Below, piece by piece: positions 25,256-40,254 of a stretch of 64,000 nt of DNA (its first letter is position 1; each line of letters begins with the position of its first letter). The DNA is taken from NCBI GenBank assembly GCA_035084275.1, contig CM068742.1, positions 124,000,001-124,064,000 of the forward strand, read 5' to 3'. The notes beneath the pieces are model-generated. The model saw only the letters and a list, made by a program, of their open reading frames with translations, was not told the origin of the DNA and ran no database searches. A program made the position numbers and the translations under genes. Source of the DNA: Hydrolagus colliei (Eukaryota).

Positions 25256-26546
25256 AACGTCAAAGCTCTCACAAATAATTACTGGAAATTTGTAGAAAAA
25301 TACAGCTAGCATTTCCATTATAATAAAAAAAGACAAAATTGTCCAAAATATGTTTATTATAGTGATACAAAGATACCAATTCCCTGTTCTTTACATAATA
25401 ATGCTCATTTGTATTTGGGCAATTTCCTCCCAGCAAACTCAGTCTTCTGTCCAAATAAACAGGTATGTTCTCCTTTCAGTGCTGGAGATAAATCAATGGC
25501 AGCTGTTCAATTATTCAGTTTGTTCCCAGTACATCATCATTTAAATAAAAATCCATTGTTTCTAATCCGTCCTATACATAAAATAATGTTAAAACTCACT
25601 ACCTCTGACAGATCTGGAGGGTTGAAGACAATCGGGTTCACGATCAGTGTCATGCATTCCCCTCTATGCCTTATTTTTCCTCACAGTCCCCATCTCGCTC
25701 AAAAGTTCTTGCTTTCATGCTCCTTTAGTCTTTCAGACAAGTACTCAACAGCCATAGTATCTTCTCCACAACTACAATAACCAAAACATTTAATTGATAG
25801 AGTGCCTTTCAGATCGGGATGCCTGACCTAAGCCCTAGTGCTCCTTTGTTCTTCTTGGCTGTTCAACCAGCAAGGCCGGAGTAAGAGACCACCAGAGCTT
25901 CAGTAACAGCTATTAATTCAGCCAGGCTTGCAATTTCCTCGCCCTTTTTGACAGATTGTGCAACACATATGTACTTTATTACATTACATCTTGCTCTGTT
26001 AATATGAAGCAAATGCTCATGTTATAATCATCTTAGCTTGAATATAGCTGTGCATCCACTTTTCATTGCCACAGCACATCAATCAATATCATCCTCACAC
26101 AGTGCTGTATTTGGAAGAGAAGACAACCTTTTCCAGTTGTATAACAATATTCCAGGAGTTATCATCATAGCTCCTAATTCTTGCACTTGAAAGCACAAGA
26201 ATAGAGTGAGGAGATCATTCTTGATAATTAAGGAATGGAAGGCCTTAAATTCCACCTCATCTCAGCCCAAGACTATTTTGTCTTGCAACTTGAGGTTTGG
26301 CAAAATTGTGGCAGATTCTCAAATTTGGAAGCTAATTCTGTTTAGGAGCTGCAACATTCATTCCAAATTATGGCTAAATGTTCTGCAATTCTGTGTTAAA
26401 TGTTTAACATCATATTGTCCTATAGCCTAAGACAAGCTGGAATTCCAGGCCTTTAAGGATATTTTAACTAGGAATATTGTAGTTTTTGATGTTCTAACAA
26501 TATATTCATTGGTCTTTTATCACTATTAATATTACTTTTCCATAAG

Positions 26547-26769
26547 CTGCCCTCGCCTAAAGATGGCGTCCTGGTCCACGGTATGTACATGGATGCGTTT
26601 CGTTGGGATAATAAACACATGGTGGTAGATGATGAGCTGCCAAGAGTGATGAATTCACCTTTACCAGTTGTGCACTTTGAGCCTTCCCAGAACTATGTCC
26701 CAGAAACTTTTCTATACCAGGCACCACTGTACAAAACAGGGGAGAGAGCAGGAACCCTCTCAACAACAG
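26547..26769 (+). CDS. dnah6: DNAH6 penultimate coding exon
   Basis: ttttccataAG / GTacag; 223 nt; [21 protein letters not shown]...[11 protein letters not shown]...[15 protein letters not shown](G). Confidence 0.94.
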
Positions 26770-27011
26770 GTACAGTGAAAACAGTAATCCTTATATTTGA
26801 CAAAGTGCTTATAATGTTGAAATATTTTAGGCAAAGGTGGTGGTCAATTTGTGTCCCATAAGGTTCCCACAAACAGTCAGGTAAATGACTAATTTATTTG
26901 GGAAAATTATGGTCAGGGTACCAGAAGTAAATCCCTTCTCATTTTGAATAGAGTCATGGGATCTTTAACACTCAATTCAATAGACAAACTGAACCTTGGT
27001 TTAATGTCTCA

Positions 27012-27358
27012 CCTTCTCTCATCCCCCTCTCCTCTCACACACACTCTCCCACAAACACTCTCTCTATCCCCTCTCAATCTCCCTCTCAACTATCCTCTCT
27101 CAATCTCCCCATTCACAGTTTCTTTCTGTCCCCCTCTCCCTCACGGTCACTTTCTCTCTCCCTCTCTCAATCTCTCTCTGTTATCCCTCTCAATCTCTCT
27201 CTGCTATCCCTCTCAATCAGTCTCACAGTCTCTCTCGGACTCCCTCTTTTTATCACTCACACACATACTCTCTCTCCTCCATTCCCTCTCCTCTACCCTC
27301 AATCTCTCTCCCTCCTTTCCTCTACCCTCTCCCTTCTCTCTTCCACCCCACCCCCCCT
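27012..27358 (+). repeat. CT-rich low-complexity tract
   Basis: Degenerate CCCTCTCAATCTCT repeats; a shorter CT/CA tract lies at ~28105-28195. Confidence 0.85.
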
Positions 27359-28236
27359 AAAACCCTTCACTATCTACAGTGGTAGGAGCCGGAGATTGCT
27401 TGCCTTTCCTGACAGACTGCAGTAAAGGCTCTGCTGTTGCCCTGGGAGGAGGGAGTGCAAGTTAGAATGGTGGAAATAGTTGTGTGCTGTGTGTTGGACC
27501 ATGCTGATATAGTGCATTTGGTATTCCATGTTTATAGATAACCTTGAATCACATTGTTCACTGGATATTATTGACCTCGCTTTGATACAAACATCAGAAT
27601 GCAGCTCCAGAAACTTCCATAATACTTTTCCCATTAGGGTTTTGACCTGCATAGTTTAGTCTATACCTCTAATATCTTTTTGACAACCCAGACTGACTGG
27701 TGTCTTGGATTATTGCAGAACTGCATGAATATGTCTCAACTCTTCTGAGATAATTGAACCTCACCCCACCTTTAAAGGACTGTTTTTACTTTACTGACCT
27801 CCAGCATGTGAACTGCTGAGTGGATCTAACAGAATTCAATGCCATAATCTTATACTTCCAACACTAATGTTTAGCAAGCTTCTAAAATCTCACTATTAAA
27901 GGTATAATAATAACATTAACTGTTTTAATTAATGTATATCAGCGCCTTAGGATGTCCTCCTGACGTGAAAGGCACTATACAAGTGTAATTTTGTTGTTGT
28001 TGTATACCTAATAGTACAGTACAGTAATTCCATTCAAAAAGAGTCCATCTTGTTGGAACTGTTCTCAAATATTTTTGGCTTTATAACTTCTACTGTTATC
28101 CATATAGTCTCTCTCTCTTATTCCCCCTTTCTTACCTCTCACACACACACTCTCTCTCTCTATCCCTTCCCTCTCTCTCTCTCTTTCCCCTCTATTGTTT
28201 GATATGATTGCAGATTTTTTTCTTGTCTGTGTGCAG

Positions 28237-28340
28237 GTCACTCTACAAATTTTGTTGTAACTGTGTTACTGCCATCAGAAAAAGATAATGACTACTGGAT
28301 ATCCAAAGGATCTGCTCTGCTTTGTCAATTGAATGAGTGA
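28237..28340 (+). CDS. dnah6: DNAH6 last coding exon (too short for the ORF track)
   Basis: gtgcAG acceptor; (G)[33 protein letters not shown] then TGA at 28338-28340; matches the dynein heavy chain C-terminus. Confidence 0.96.
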
Positions 28341-28595
28341 AATCACATTTGGTGCACACCATGGCTTGTAATTGTGCAGGTGATGGAGTTATCTTCCATT
28401 TTAAAATAGGAATGAGTCTGAAAAAGAAAATGCTTAGGAATTAACTGCTCAGCTGGAATCTCATTTAAAAACTCTTTGATTTGCACGTTCAAGTAAATGT
28501 TTAGCTTTCAATGCATAATATAATGCATCTAGTGTTGTACTGTTGCAATTTTATCTACTTATACTTTACATAATTGATTAATTTCCTGTTTTTCC

Positions 28596-28601
28596 AATAA
28601 A
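28596..28601 (+). terminator. Candidate polyadenylation signal of dnah6 (a second AATAAA lies at 28675-28680)
   Basis: AATAAA about 255 nt after the stop codon, followed by T-rich sequence; positional inference only. Confidence 0.5.
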
Positions 28602-31600
28602 ACAAAGATTATATTATAGCTTTGCGTTCATGCTAATTCAATTTATGTAAATTGATTCTTTACATGAGTATCTAAATAAAAACATCATTTCCTGAAATGT
28701 ACCTCAATGTGTTTTGAAGACATTTTTTGAATACAGCAACAACAAAATGACATTTGTATGGTGCATTTCATGTTGGGAGGATGTCCCAAGGCACTGAATT
28801 CTTTGAAATTGAACACAAGTTCTCATTTTCAAATGCATGGAACTAAAGTCCTGCCAAATATGATATGCAATGTGTCAACACTACATCCCATATTATTCAA
28901 GTATCTTGCGTCAGGGCCTAAATTAAAACAGATCAATATAACTCAGCCATTGTATATCAAATGAGACACCAACAAAGTTTGCATTAGAAGTTTGCCTCTG
29001 GAGAGGTTCCGCATTGGTATTCACTTTGCAAGCTGACATCCTCACTTTTTATCAATCTCTGCAGGCAGCATTCACAAGGACTGTTTGCTCTCAACTTTTT
29101 GAAAGCATTCCTCCTGTGACAGATTCCTCAATTCATTTACTTGTCATCCTGCTATTTTTCATTAGTACAAATGCCACAAATGGGAGCCAAGAAACAAACA
29201 AATAACACTTTAACACCCTGGCTTCCGGGAGCAGGTTGAGATGGGTTTTGACTTGTAAATGACAAGCCTACAGTGCAAAATCAACAGAGATCAAGGCTCA
29301 TCGCAAACTGACCACTTTAGAATTGAATGCCTTAGTTACCTAGTGGCATTACTGTGAACCATCTTGGGCAGCAGCACTCAAGGTTAAACAAGGTGGAGCT
29401 GCTGCTTTCAGAGGCTGGTGATAGCACCGTGTCAAAAGGTGCTTTTTCCCCTCACCTCCATAGATAACAACCTGGGAATCTGGCGGTCAGAGGAGAATTT
29501 GTGTTTCCTTTGGTGCACACAATTTGCCTAACTGCTGAAGGATTCAGCTCTCTACCTGCTGCAATGCTTGAGCCTGCTACAGTAACCAGGACAGGAGATT
29601 TGTATGAAACAAAATCTTGTCACAAATAATATGTCCACTCTTTTTTTGGAATTAAAACAAATATGTACATAGTTCCAGGTTCACAGCTGGAAAATTAATA
29701 ATTTGAATAATTTATGTGAAAATTCAGGAGAAAAAGAAATCTAAATGATCGCAAATGTGGCTGAGTGGTTGGTTTAAATTGAATTTATTCCTTGAAAGGT
29801 TAAAAAAAACTCCACAAGTATAGCAATAAATCAGTGTGGGACACAGCAGATGATTTATAGATTCAGCAAGGAAAGATTTAATAATTGTCTTATTTCATTA
29901 TTCATGACTGGACATACAAAAGGACCACATTTCAGCACATTCAATTTTGATTTACATGGTTTAATATAACCACTTAATAAAATAAAAATTGAATAAAAAT
30001 CTTAAGCACAAAAATGTGTAGTAAAACATAAACTACAATTTTAGAAAAAAAAAGCTACAATTCATAGCCTTTACCTCCTGAGGTTAGGTCACATTTTGAA
30101 TGTACAGACTGAATATGCATCTTGCACATTGGAACGTGTGATTTAGCAACTCACAGCTTAGATTGACATTATTCTGGAGAATCAAAAGCTCCCTGAGCAG
30201 CAGCGAATTGTGAAGCACTGTAAGGGGCAAGCATCAGCACTCAATTCAAGTGTTGCTTTGAAATGCATTTGGATGACAAAAGTTTCTTGAGTGGATTACT
30301 GATTTTCTGCTGTTCTTTATCACACGATCACTAAGATAATGGAATACAGTTATTTTTCATGATATAACTTCCAAAATAAATCCTGCTTGTTCAAATAAAT
30401 AACTCGGGACAAACGTAGGGGGAGAAACCTATCATTTATAACACTTACCCTCTGAGTTTACTCCTTTTCTATTAAACAAAGATACAAGAATAAATGAATG
30501 CACTTCTTACATTCTTTTGGCATCAAACATCAATTCTGTTGTTATATCAATGAGTTACAGACAGAACACATTCTTTATCAGCCTGAGCATAATTGCAGGA
30601 CAACTGTGACCATTTTAGCATCCTATTTAGTATTTTCTCGGTTGTGTAAACAACATCAGAAGACAAGCAGAACATTTCATAACAAATTATATAATGCATA
30701 TTTATTAGAGTCTGACTGGTCCCACCGTGCCTTTGGAGTAATTGCAGGTCACATATTTTAACATTTGAAATCTGTCACTGAGCTATTGTCAGTGGAGCAT
30801 TAAATTGGGTGGGTAGGTGGCTACTGTGAATCCTATTAAGGAACTAGGATTCATCAGCCCAGCACAGCTCAATCCACCTTCACATTTCAATTCACATATT
30901 GAAAGTTACTTGGTTGAATCATGTACTTCAACATGAAATGATTTTAATCCATAGAAAAAAACTCAAATCGATGAAGGAGATTTGGCATTTAATGGCAAGA
31001 GGCCATCATTTCAGGGCAGGACCAGGATTGATGTGGAGCTGTTTCCAGCAGCTGGGTGTGCAAATAAGTGAACATCAATACATATTATGTCAACATGTAC
31101 AGAAGATTGTGTATTGTCATTTCGAGAATTTTCTGGTGTTATCACTCTGGAGACCACAACCTTGTTTCTTGCCAATCTAATACTCTCTAGAGTTAGGTAA
31201 GCAGGATACTTACCTCGAGGAGGTAGTGCATTCCATTCCAAACAGAGATTTTTCATGTGTAGGTGGCATGCACTGTTAAGCATAGTGATGGATTCCTGCA
31301 TGTGGCGGATACCTGGCTGACTGAAAATAAACGGTGTTATAAACTCAGAATTAATGGTGCATTTGTCTTTAAATCTTTCAAAAGTAACCTTGGCTCTTAT
31401 CACTGAACTGATTTAGATTTTCCTTTACAGTCTCCACTGTGAACCTTGTCAGCAGCATTAATAATAATCCTTGTGTTTGATATAGCAGCTTATTGTATAT
31501 TTGAGCTTATTGTATACATCTCAAAGTGCTTCACAGAATATACTGTAAAGTGTAGTAACTGTATATTTTGTGGGTGAAACATGGCAACCAATTGCACACA

Positions 31601-34110
31601 GCCCCCCACACACTCATGATTTGAGTGACCAAGTTATTATTATTACTATGAATGACAACAACACAGCTTATGCTACTGATTATTTCAGCAGTAACAGAAA
31701 CATTCACACTGACATTGCAAGGAGATATTAACAGCACCAAATGATGCTCTTATCTCCCTTAGAAATGAATCTAACTTGCTCAAACCTTCCTGTCACAACT
31801 TAAATGTTATCTCAAAAATACACAAATTATTACAACATTACTGTACTTCTGAAAATGAATGAAGAATGTATGGTTTAATCTATTAATACAACTTGAAATC
31901 AAGCGCACATTCCAATGCCCCAGGCAATGAAAAATGAAAAGAACTAAAATATTAATAATTAATGTTCTCACTATTGAATTGTAATTAACATTCTCACTGT
32001 GCAATTATACACCATTATCTTTCTTACTATTCAATTGTAAACTATTAAATGTCTATTTTTTTTCCTGTACCAATGAACATCCTAGCTGGCAAGCTTCCTC
32101 GCTGCTTGTCCAGCTAAAAGAACATTCACTACCTGTTAGGGCTTTGGCTTGTGGGGTTAACAGGAGCTGAGTGGAAGGATTCCCTGCCTTTCAGTGCTCA
32201 TCCAGGTTCCTACGATAAGCCAGGCTGGCTTTGCTGTGATAAGCAGTGCCGTGGAATACACATTCATTTTCTGTTCAATAATTTGGATGCTTATAGTTTT
32301 ACAGGCATGCACAATGCAAAGGCTAGGAATTTAGCAGAACCTGATCCCTTTGGGATTCCACACGGTTTTATTGCATTCACTTTTCAGTTAAAACATATTG
32401 TCAAAGGAGTAGGAGGAGACGTTAGAGCCTGTTCCACTATTCTGTTACATCAGGTCAGTTATATTAATAAATGTTTTCTCTCAATATCCGTTAATACTTA
32501 TGTGTTCTCTATCTATCTAACTTTCTTTCAAACATATCAATTGATTCTGCTTTTACAGCCTCCTAGGCAATGCATTGCGCATTTACACAACCATATATGA
32601 GGAAAAATGTTTTCTGAACTAAGTTTTGCCAGTCTTGGTTCTAATTTACTGGGAGTATGGGATCAAATATTGTTATGGTGGCATTCGGCATACTTGCTAT
32701 ATAGTGTGGGTGCTATGTTGAAGTAGGAAGTGAGCTGTGCAAACATCTGGTATCTTTCTCTGGTGTCCAGCTAAGGTATAATGTCTCCACGATTCATAGG
32801 CATCTGTGTCTCCACACCTCTCCCTATCACAGGCCTTACTCCAAAAATGTTGGAGGCCAAAATTGGAAGGCCAAAACTATCCAAAGACACTGGTTTCTAC
32901 CATTCATCACCTCCTCCGTGCATCCCCTTAAGCTCCCTCTATCCTCACATCAAACAGCAAGTACAAAGAGATTCTAGATTGCTTTGTCTCATAGATTGAA
33001 AATATCTAGTTGGCTACATCATCCTCCCACTCTCCACCCCCCATGTCCCCTTCCATTCCACCCAGAAACATCCACACTACTTTCTCCCTCTGCCAGGGCT
33101 CCTGCTAATCCCACCTCCTTACACTCCTTTGCTCCTAATTCTCCCTCCTCCCTATCAGGACAACATCCAGATGAAGTTCACTACCTGCTGCCTCAATTCC
33201 CTCCCCCCACCCAGCTGCTGGTCACTCAACTCCCCTCCTTAAATATAAATTTTGTTATATTTTGTCATTTCTTTGAAATGGAACAAGGAACACAATCAAA
33301 AGTAATCTTAGAAAGTAGATCATGCTAATTCTTTTCTATTTTATTCTTGCGAAATGTTTAAACTTTGTGTTGTATTGGTCACAGGATTTCTCAAATGCAA
33401 CAGAAAAGCAAATTTTATCCTATTGTGCAAATGATTGAATTCAGGTCAATTGATGTAAACCAACTTCAATATTCTTCAATGTGTACACAGCTTTTTCTGC
33501 CTCAGGCAGTGATTCACTGAACAAATAACAAATATTGCATGACTGCAAAATAGCAAAAACAAAACCTCTCCCAACAGTACTGTATAAAGGTTGTTAAGGA
33601 AAGTACTCGCCAAGTGCAACTGAAAAACATTTGAGGAAATTTGTGATCAAATTATTTTCACAAAAAGTTTAAATGAGTGAACAGGACAACATAAAACTGA
33701 CCAAAAATGCTTCTTGATTTACAATAAATTACAATCTGAGCTGTTCACTGGGGGTGGACAGAGAGTAATTTGAATTTGAATCATGCTATTTATCTAAGAT
33801 AAGTTTGTATCATTACACTCAGCGGTAAGAATGGGTTGAACAAATTTGGATGATTTATATAGTACTGTACATACTATTTTAATTTGATAGCAAACATACA
33901 TGATACAGAATTCAAAAACTGGAATGTAAAGGATGCTTCTAAGTATATCTGTCCTTATACAAGATTAGTGCCTGAGAATCAGCTATTTTAATTGCTGATT
34001 TTATATTGTTTTATCATATACGATGTGCCACTCAAATTTGTCTTCACAAACCTGATCTTTACGTGAATAATTAGAGATTCAGGAAAGAATTGAAAAAAGA
34101 TATCAGAATA

Positions 34111-34470
34111 CACAACAACAACTTGGATTTATATAACGCCCTCCTCGCTGGATGGCGTCTCCGAGTGATTCCCAATAACGGAACACGGGGCACTAACCAG
34201 AGGGAGGGGGAAGAAGGTGACCGAAAGCGTGGTCGAAAAGAAAGGTCTTTAGCCGAGACCTGAAAATAGGAAGAGAGGGGGCCGAGGTGAACACAGTGAG
34301 GAAAGGAGTACCAGAGCCTTGGGGCGTGGTGGCTGAAGGCACAGCCGCTGATGGTGGAACGGAGAATTCGGCGGAAAAGGTAGAGACCAGACTCGGTAGA
34401 GCAAAGGCAATGGGTACTGTTGTGAGGAGAGAGGAGGTCAGAGAGATAGGGGGTACAGGAGAGTGGAAGG
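34111..34470 (-). mobile_element. L2 LINE 3' end
   Basis: FRSRLKTFLFDHAF motif, stem-loop tail and (TTG)n end; similar pieces near 35380-35800, 43050-43310, 49120-49320 and 55970-56075. Confidence 0.8.
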
Positions 34471-37400
34471 ATATACTAGATACCATACCTGGTGATCACA
34501 GCACATGAAATAACTATTAACCTAAATCTTTTAGTATTTTATCAGAACTGCTATCTTAAGCACTGCAACAACAACAAAATTACATTTATAGAGCGCCTTT
34601 CATGTCAGGAGGACATCCCAAGGCGCTGAACAGATTATAGAATATATGGAAAATTAAGAAATCAATCAGAAAGCGTTTTGAAAGGTATCTGACTTTTTGG
34701 TAAAAGCAAGCAGAATACATTAGCAGTACAACCACATTGTTTCCTGGGATGGTTGATATTGCGATGGAAAATAAGCTTGAGCATAATGTGTACTCATTGA
34801 TGCATCATGTAATGTAAATATATTGAACACATCCACGATAGACAGCTGTATTTTAACACATATATTCAGTTGGAAAATATAATATTTCATGTTTATTCTG
34901 ACAATCATCTCATTTTATCTGTTATAAAACAAGCCTTTCACTCCACTAATGAACAGTTTAGTCTCCTTCCCAGTGCTGCCACTCATGCGGTATGGAAGAA
35001 TAACAAAAATGGTTTTGAAGCAAGCCACAATTGTCAAACACTGGAAAACAGCAGACATGAGTAAAGACAGCTGACCTATTCCAAGATGATAACATGAATG
35101 AACAGCTTCAAGAATGATGTGGCCTAGATAGCCTAATGGGGAAAGGTGTAGTAACACTGAGCTGCACAGAACACAGTGTTGCTGGTTTGAATATTCATCT
35201 GTACTGCGAATGTTGATACTGTACTATAATAACAATCCTTGCATTTGATATAGTGAATATCATGTCGTCGAGATGCATCAAAGTGCTTCACAGAATAAAT
35301 TGTAAAGTGAATTGACTGTATATTTTGTGGGCGAAAAATGTTGATCCTAACCAGGCAGCAGATAGAACTACATATTTTCAGAGACCTGAAGGGAGAGAGA
35401 GAAGGCGAAAGGATTTGGGGAGAGAATTCCAGATGGTGAAGCGGCTTAGCTGAAAACATGGAGACTGTGGGACAGAGGGCACGAGAAGCAAGCAGCAAAC
35501 TCAAATTGAAGGACCAGAGAGTATAGGCAGGAGGGAATTGCTGCTGCAGAGATGGGGCAAGAGCACAAAAGGATTTATAAGACATGACGACAATCTGGAA
35601 GTCGTTCCACTTGGGATTCACTTGGGAGTCTGGCAAGAATGGATGTGATGAGCATGACATGGGCAGCAAATTTCTGAATCAACTGGAGCCTTTGGAGGAT
35701 GTAGCAATAAAGTCTGGCAATCAGTTGATTGTAGAAATTTAGACTATTTATTGCATTAGGAATGAAATAGAGACCGAGAGAGGTTGTGGAGATGGAGTAG
35801 GCAGCAGGGAACATAGGAACAAGAGTAAGCATCTTTGAGCCTGTTCCGCCATTTGATTAGATCAAGTTGATCAGCACCTCTAATAATCGTTTCAATTCCA
35901 ATTCCCACTTTCTCCCCATATCCCTTAATTCCCTGACCCACCAAAAATTTATCAGGGGTTAAGCAGCAACTCGTTGCAGCTGACTTGCTTGGCAATGCAA
36001 TCTGATAATCAAATCAACTCCATGTCAGATTGTTAGAATCAAGTTAACTAAGATCCAGTTGACCTTGTAGTGAATTGAATTCTGTTAAAATGAGGGTGAG
36101 TAATAATAATAATCCTTCTATTTGGCACAATGCCTGGCCCATCAGAAATAAGTCTCAAAATGGTTCACAGGATATACGGTGAAGTGAAGGTGATTGTGAA
36201 CTTGTAGGAAAATGTGGCAGCTAAATTGCACAATGCTATGGCCCACAAATACCTTAGTATGCAGTGAATAACCAATTTTATTTTGGACATTTTTGGCCAG
36301 GACACTGGAAGAAACTAAGTTCTACTATAAATTAATGCACTCGAAGAAGCAAACAAGACCTCAATTGTATGTCTCAGCCACAGGATCACACCTCTGACAA
36401 TGCAACATCCCCCCAGAGCTGTTTAGAGTCAAACATGAGGTTTAAACCAATAACCCCTGACAGAGATAAGAGAGTTACCATCTGTGCCAGTCTGTCCCAG
36501 AGACACTCTAGCAATAATATTTATTGTGGATTACAACCTCTAGAATCAGTGAGAATAAATAACAACAAACAAGAACAACAACAACTTCGATTTATATACT
36601 CCATCCACGCCGGATGGCGTCTCAGAGCATCTCAAATACCCAGCATTTAAAGATGCAGCATTGTTGGCAATATATTCTGGAGCTTGTTTAGCAAACTAGA
36701 GACATCATCTCATTATCTGCAAGTCTCAAGTATTTACTTATCTGGTTGTTAATCTCATAACATTTTTAAATGACTGAGTTGCTGTGATTTGTTTGTCAAT
36801 AGAAAAAATCCCAGATTAGATTTTAAATCCTCTTGAAATGTGATTGACAATACATAGGCCATTGTAGCACCCATCCTGGTTGATCTCCTCTGAACGTACT
36901 TGTCCATCCCTCTTGTCCAGTGGCCCCTTTGACTTCTTGATGACTCTGGCTTTTCTCTCTATTGCTCACCAATTCGTCGCTAATCCTGCTGTGAAAGAAT
37001 GTCTGCAAAACATGATTCATTTGTCATTATCATATCATTTGCATAGAGTAGTGACACAGCTCTCCAGCTTTACACAAGTTGCTGGTTGTTTAAAAATGTA
37101 ATTAAAAAGTTGGACATCCCTTATGGCTTTTGCGAGCGCTACTGAGAATTAGTTCCACTCCCACACACTTTCTCATTACATTTATTCCCGTTTATTAAGT
37201 CAGATCTATAGCTATTCTTGACTTTTGCACACAGGAGATTGAGAGCAATATGGTAAATGTATTTAAGACTTAAAGGGCCTGAAAAGATGCATGGGGATAC
37301 ACCATTCCAATTGTCAAAGAATCAATGAAAAAGGAGCAAAGTTCAAGATTATTTGTAGAAAATACATGGAGAGGGCGTCGGAAAGAAATTGTTCACGGAG

Positions 37401-37574
37401 AGGGTCGTTAGGGTGTGGGAATCATTACCACAATTGACTAACTAAGCGGGATCAATAGAATTATTCAATGAAGAATTTAATAGGCTTATTCACTTGAGTG
37501 GTAAAAGTAGTCGAGTCGTGGGGGAACAACTGGAAAATTGGATTAATAAAAAGAGCATCTTAAAAATTAGAATT

Positions 37575-38530
37575 AATAATCCTTGCATTTAATATAATAA
37601 TAATCCTTGCATTTGATATAGTGCCTGATCACGTTTTTTAGATGTCTCAAAGTGCTTCACAGAACATACTATAAAGTGAATTGCCTGTATATTTGTGGTC
37701 AAAATGCGGCAGCCAATTGCGCACAGCAGTATCCCACAAACAGTAGTGGATTGAAATGACCAGTTTTATTATTATTTTTGAAGGATTACTATCAGGTGTT
37801 TGGAGTAAGGAAACTTGCCCCATGGTTTCGCCCTGCCAGGAATCGAAGCCAGGTCTCTCGCTTGTGAGTGCTCTAACCACTGAGCTACAAGCCTCCAATA
37901 TAACACCTTACTATGTTATTGAGTCATCTCAATGCACTTCACAGAATGTACTGTAGTGTGGACTGACTGTGTATTTTGTGGAAGCAACACAGAAGCCAGT
38001 TTGCACACATAAACAATGATGAAGAGAGTGACCAATTTTATTTGTGGGATATATTGGCCCGTACAGGGAGAGAGAGAAAACTCAATTCTCTTTTTGAACA
38101 GTACCATGGGGATCATTAACATCCACCTGAACAGGTACATTATTATTAGATGTGTGGAGTAAGGAAACATGCCCAAGGTTTCGCCCTGTCTAGAATTGAA
38201 CACAGGTCCCATGCTTGTAAGGTGAGTGCTCTAACCACTGAGCTACAGGACTCCACAATATACTCCAGAATATATATAAAGTGAATTGACTGTATATTTT
38301 GTGGGTGAAACATGGCAGCCAGTTATGCAACTGTGTCCCACAAGTAGTCGTGGATTGAGTTGAAGAGTTATTTCCCCCGGATAGTGATCCGCCAATCGAC
38401 TAACAACTGGGTTCCTACTTACTACTGAGTAAACAGAGGCGTGTGGACTTGCCTAAGTTTTTGCCCCACCCGGGAATCGAAGTCAGATCCTTGCGAGGCA
38501 AGTGCTCTAATCAATACGCTACTGAACTTT
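37575..38530 (-). mobile_element. Cluster of three same-orientation SINE copies
   Basis: Three successive tail-core-head units with heads ending near 37897, 38257 and 38530. Confidence 0.82.
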
Positions 38531-40254
38531 CTCTGGTGGTGAGACTGGGAATGCTTCTATTCTTGTTCTTGTTCAAACTCGCTACCCCATTAAATGCCAA
38601 ATCAATAGTAAAGTTTCCACAAGACATCGGCTCATTGCTCAGATCTGAACAAGCATTTGAACATTTTAAATAAAATTGGATGTGACACTTGTAATTAAAA
38701 TCATAGAAAACAATAGATTTTCTAACCTCATTAGTAAATATAATAAATACTAGTTAAACTGAATTATTCCGCTCTCAAAATACTAGCTCATATCTACCAA
38801 ATTATTCAAAACATGTATAAATTGGAATAGTTATTTATGTGTAGTTTCTCTCTAACCTGAGCAAACCTTTTAGCTTAGCTTCTGATATGTTTCCACATGA
38901 TACCCAGTGCATTGGGGCGTCCTTCTGACATGAAAGGCACTAGACAACTGTAATTTGTTGCTGTTGTTGTTGTCTGCATTTGGACATCAGATCATCTGAA
39001 TTGCATGGCTGATGCTTAAGCATTTCTGTTTTATACACCCCACCCCCAATATATTAATACATATTTTATATTTGCTTTCAGGAGTGATGCCTCATTTCAC
39101 ATGAATTGAGGCATAAAGACTGAAATCATGGTTCGTATCATAAGAATAATGTTTGCTGTTGCAGATCAAAACGACTGAAATAACTTTATTACAATTGAAA
39201 CAGTACAGAACAGTATGGCTGAATCTGTTTAACCCCCACCGCACGGTATCCAGAAACAAGAGCAATTGTTTCATTACAGCGCAATACATCATTAAACTGT
39301 AGACAAAGACATGTTGTGAATAACCAATAATGCACTGAGCCCGAATAGCAAATCAAATGTATACATTTGTATCTTTCTGACCTTAAGGCATTGATGCAGC
39401 TCTCTGTGTAGGCGCCTGGTGTCATTTACATCCAAGTGGAGCTCAATAGCAGTATAGAATGGAATTTAGTGCTTTAATGCGCATGTGGTAGGCTGACATA
39501 TGACATCAAGCTCTAGACAGTATTGGACAGATTCCTTCTGCTCTTCAGTTGTTAGGTTAGAGAATTTGATGTATGATTGGAAGATTTTATGCTAACTTTT
39601 ATTCCGTCTGAGAAATAGGAGCTTTTAAAGGATCTGAACTCTTCTATGAGTGACCAATTTTTTGTGGGGGAGATTATTGTTATCTGGGATGTAGGGTAAG
39701 GAAATTTGCCCAAGGTTTCACCCTTCCCTGTTCCATCTAATAAACTCACCTACCTAATGAACATGCATGTTAATAGGCATATATACTGTATGCACATTGG
39801 TGACTTCAAGGATAGTCCATGTTTGTGTTGACACTGCATTGCAAATTTACATTGATATGGTGCCTTTCGAAACATAGTGTTATTAATATATTGAAAGGGA
39901 TCCTAAGGTGCACTATACATCATTATGTGGACAAGGGTCATTCTACTGGATATTTCTGCACACATTTTATCTGCAATGCCTTTTGCGATATGCAGCTGTA
40001 CACTTCCACTGAAATAATATTTACAATGAGTAAATAGTAGGCTATGTCAGCATATCATCTGACAGTATAAATCAGATTCAAATATTGACTCAAAAGCCCT
40101 TGTGTGGAGACAGGAGTTTGGTAATGTCAGCATCAAAGGCCATTGCTATTCAGTACACAACCCGGACAAGTGGAAGATTGAACTCAAGCCACTGACCCAT
40201 TGAATCTAAAACGTTTACTGTTGAGTTACACACATTTTCTCTGAGTCTGAATTA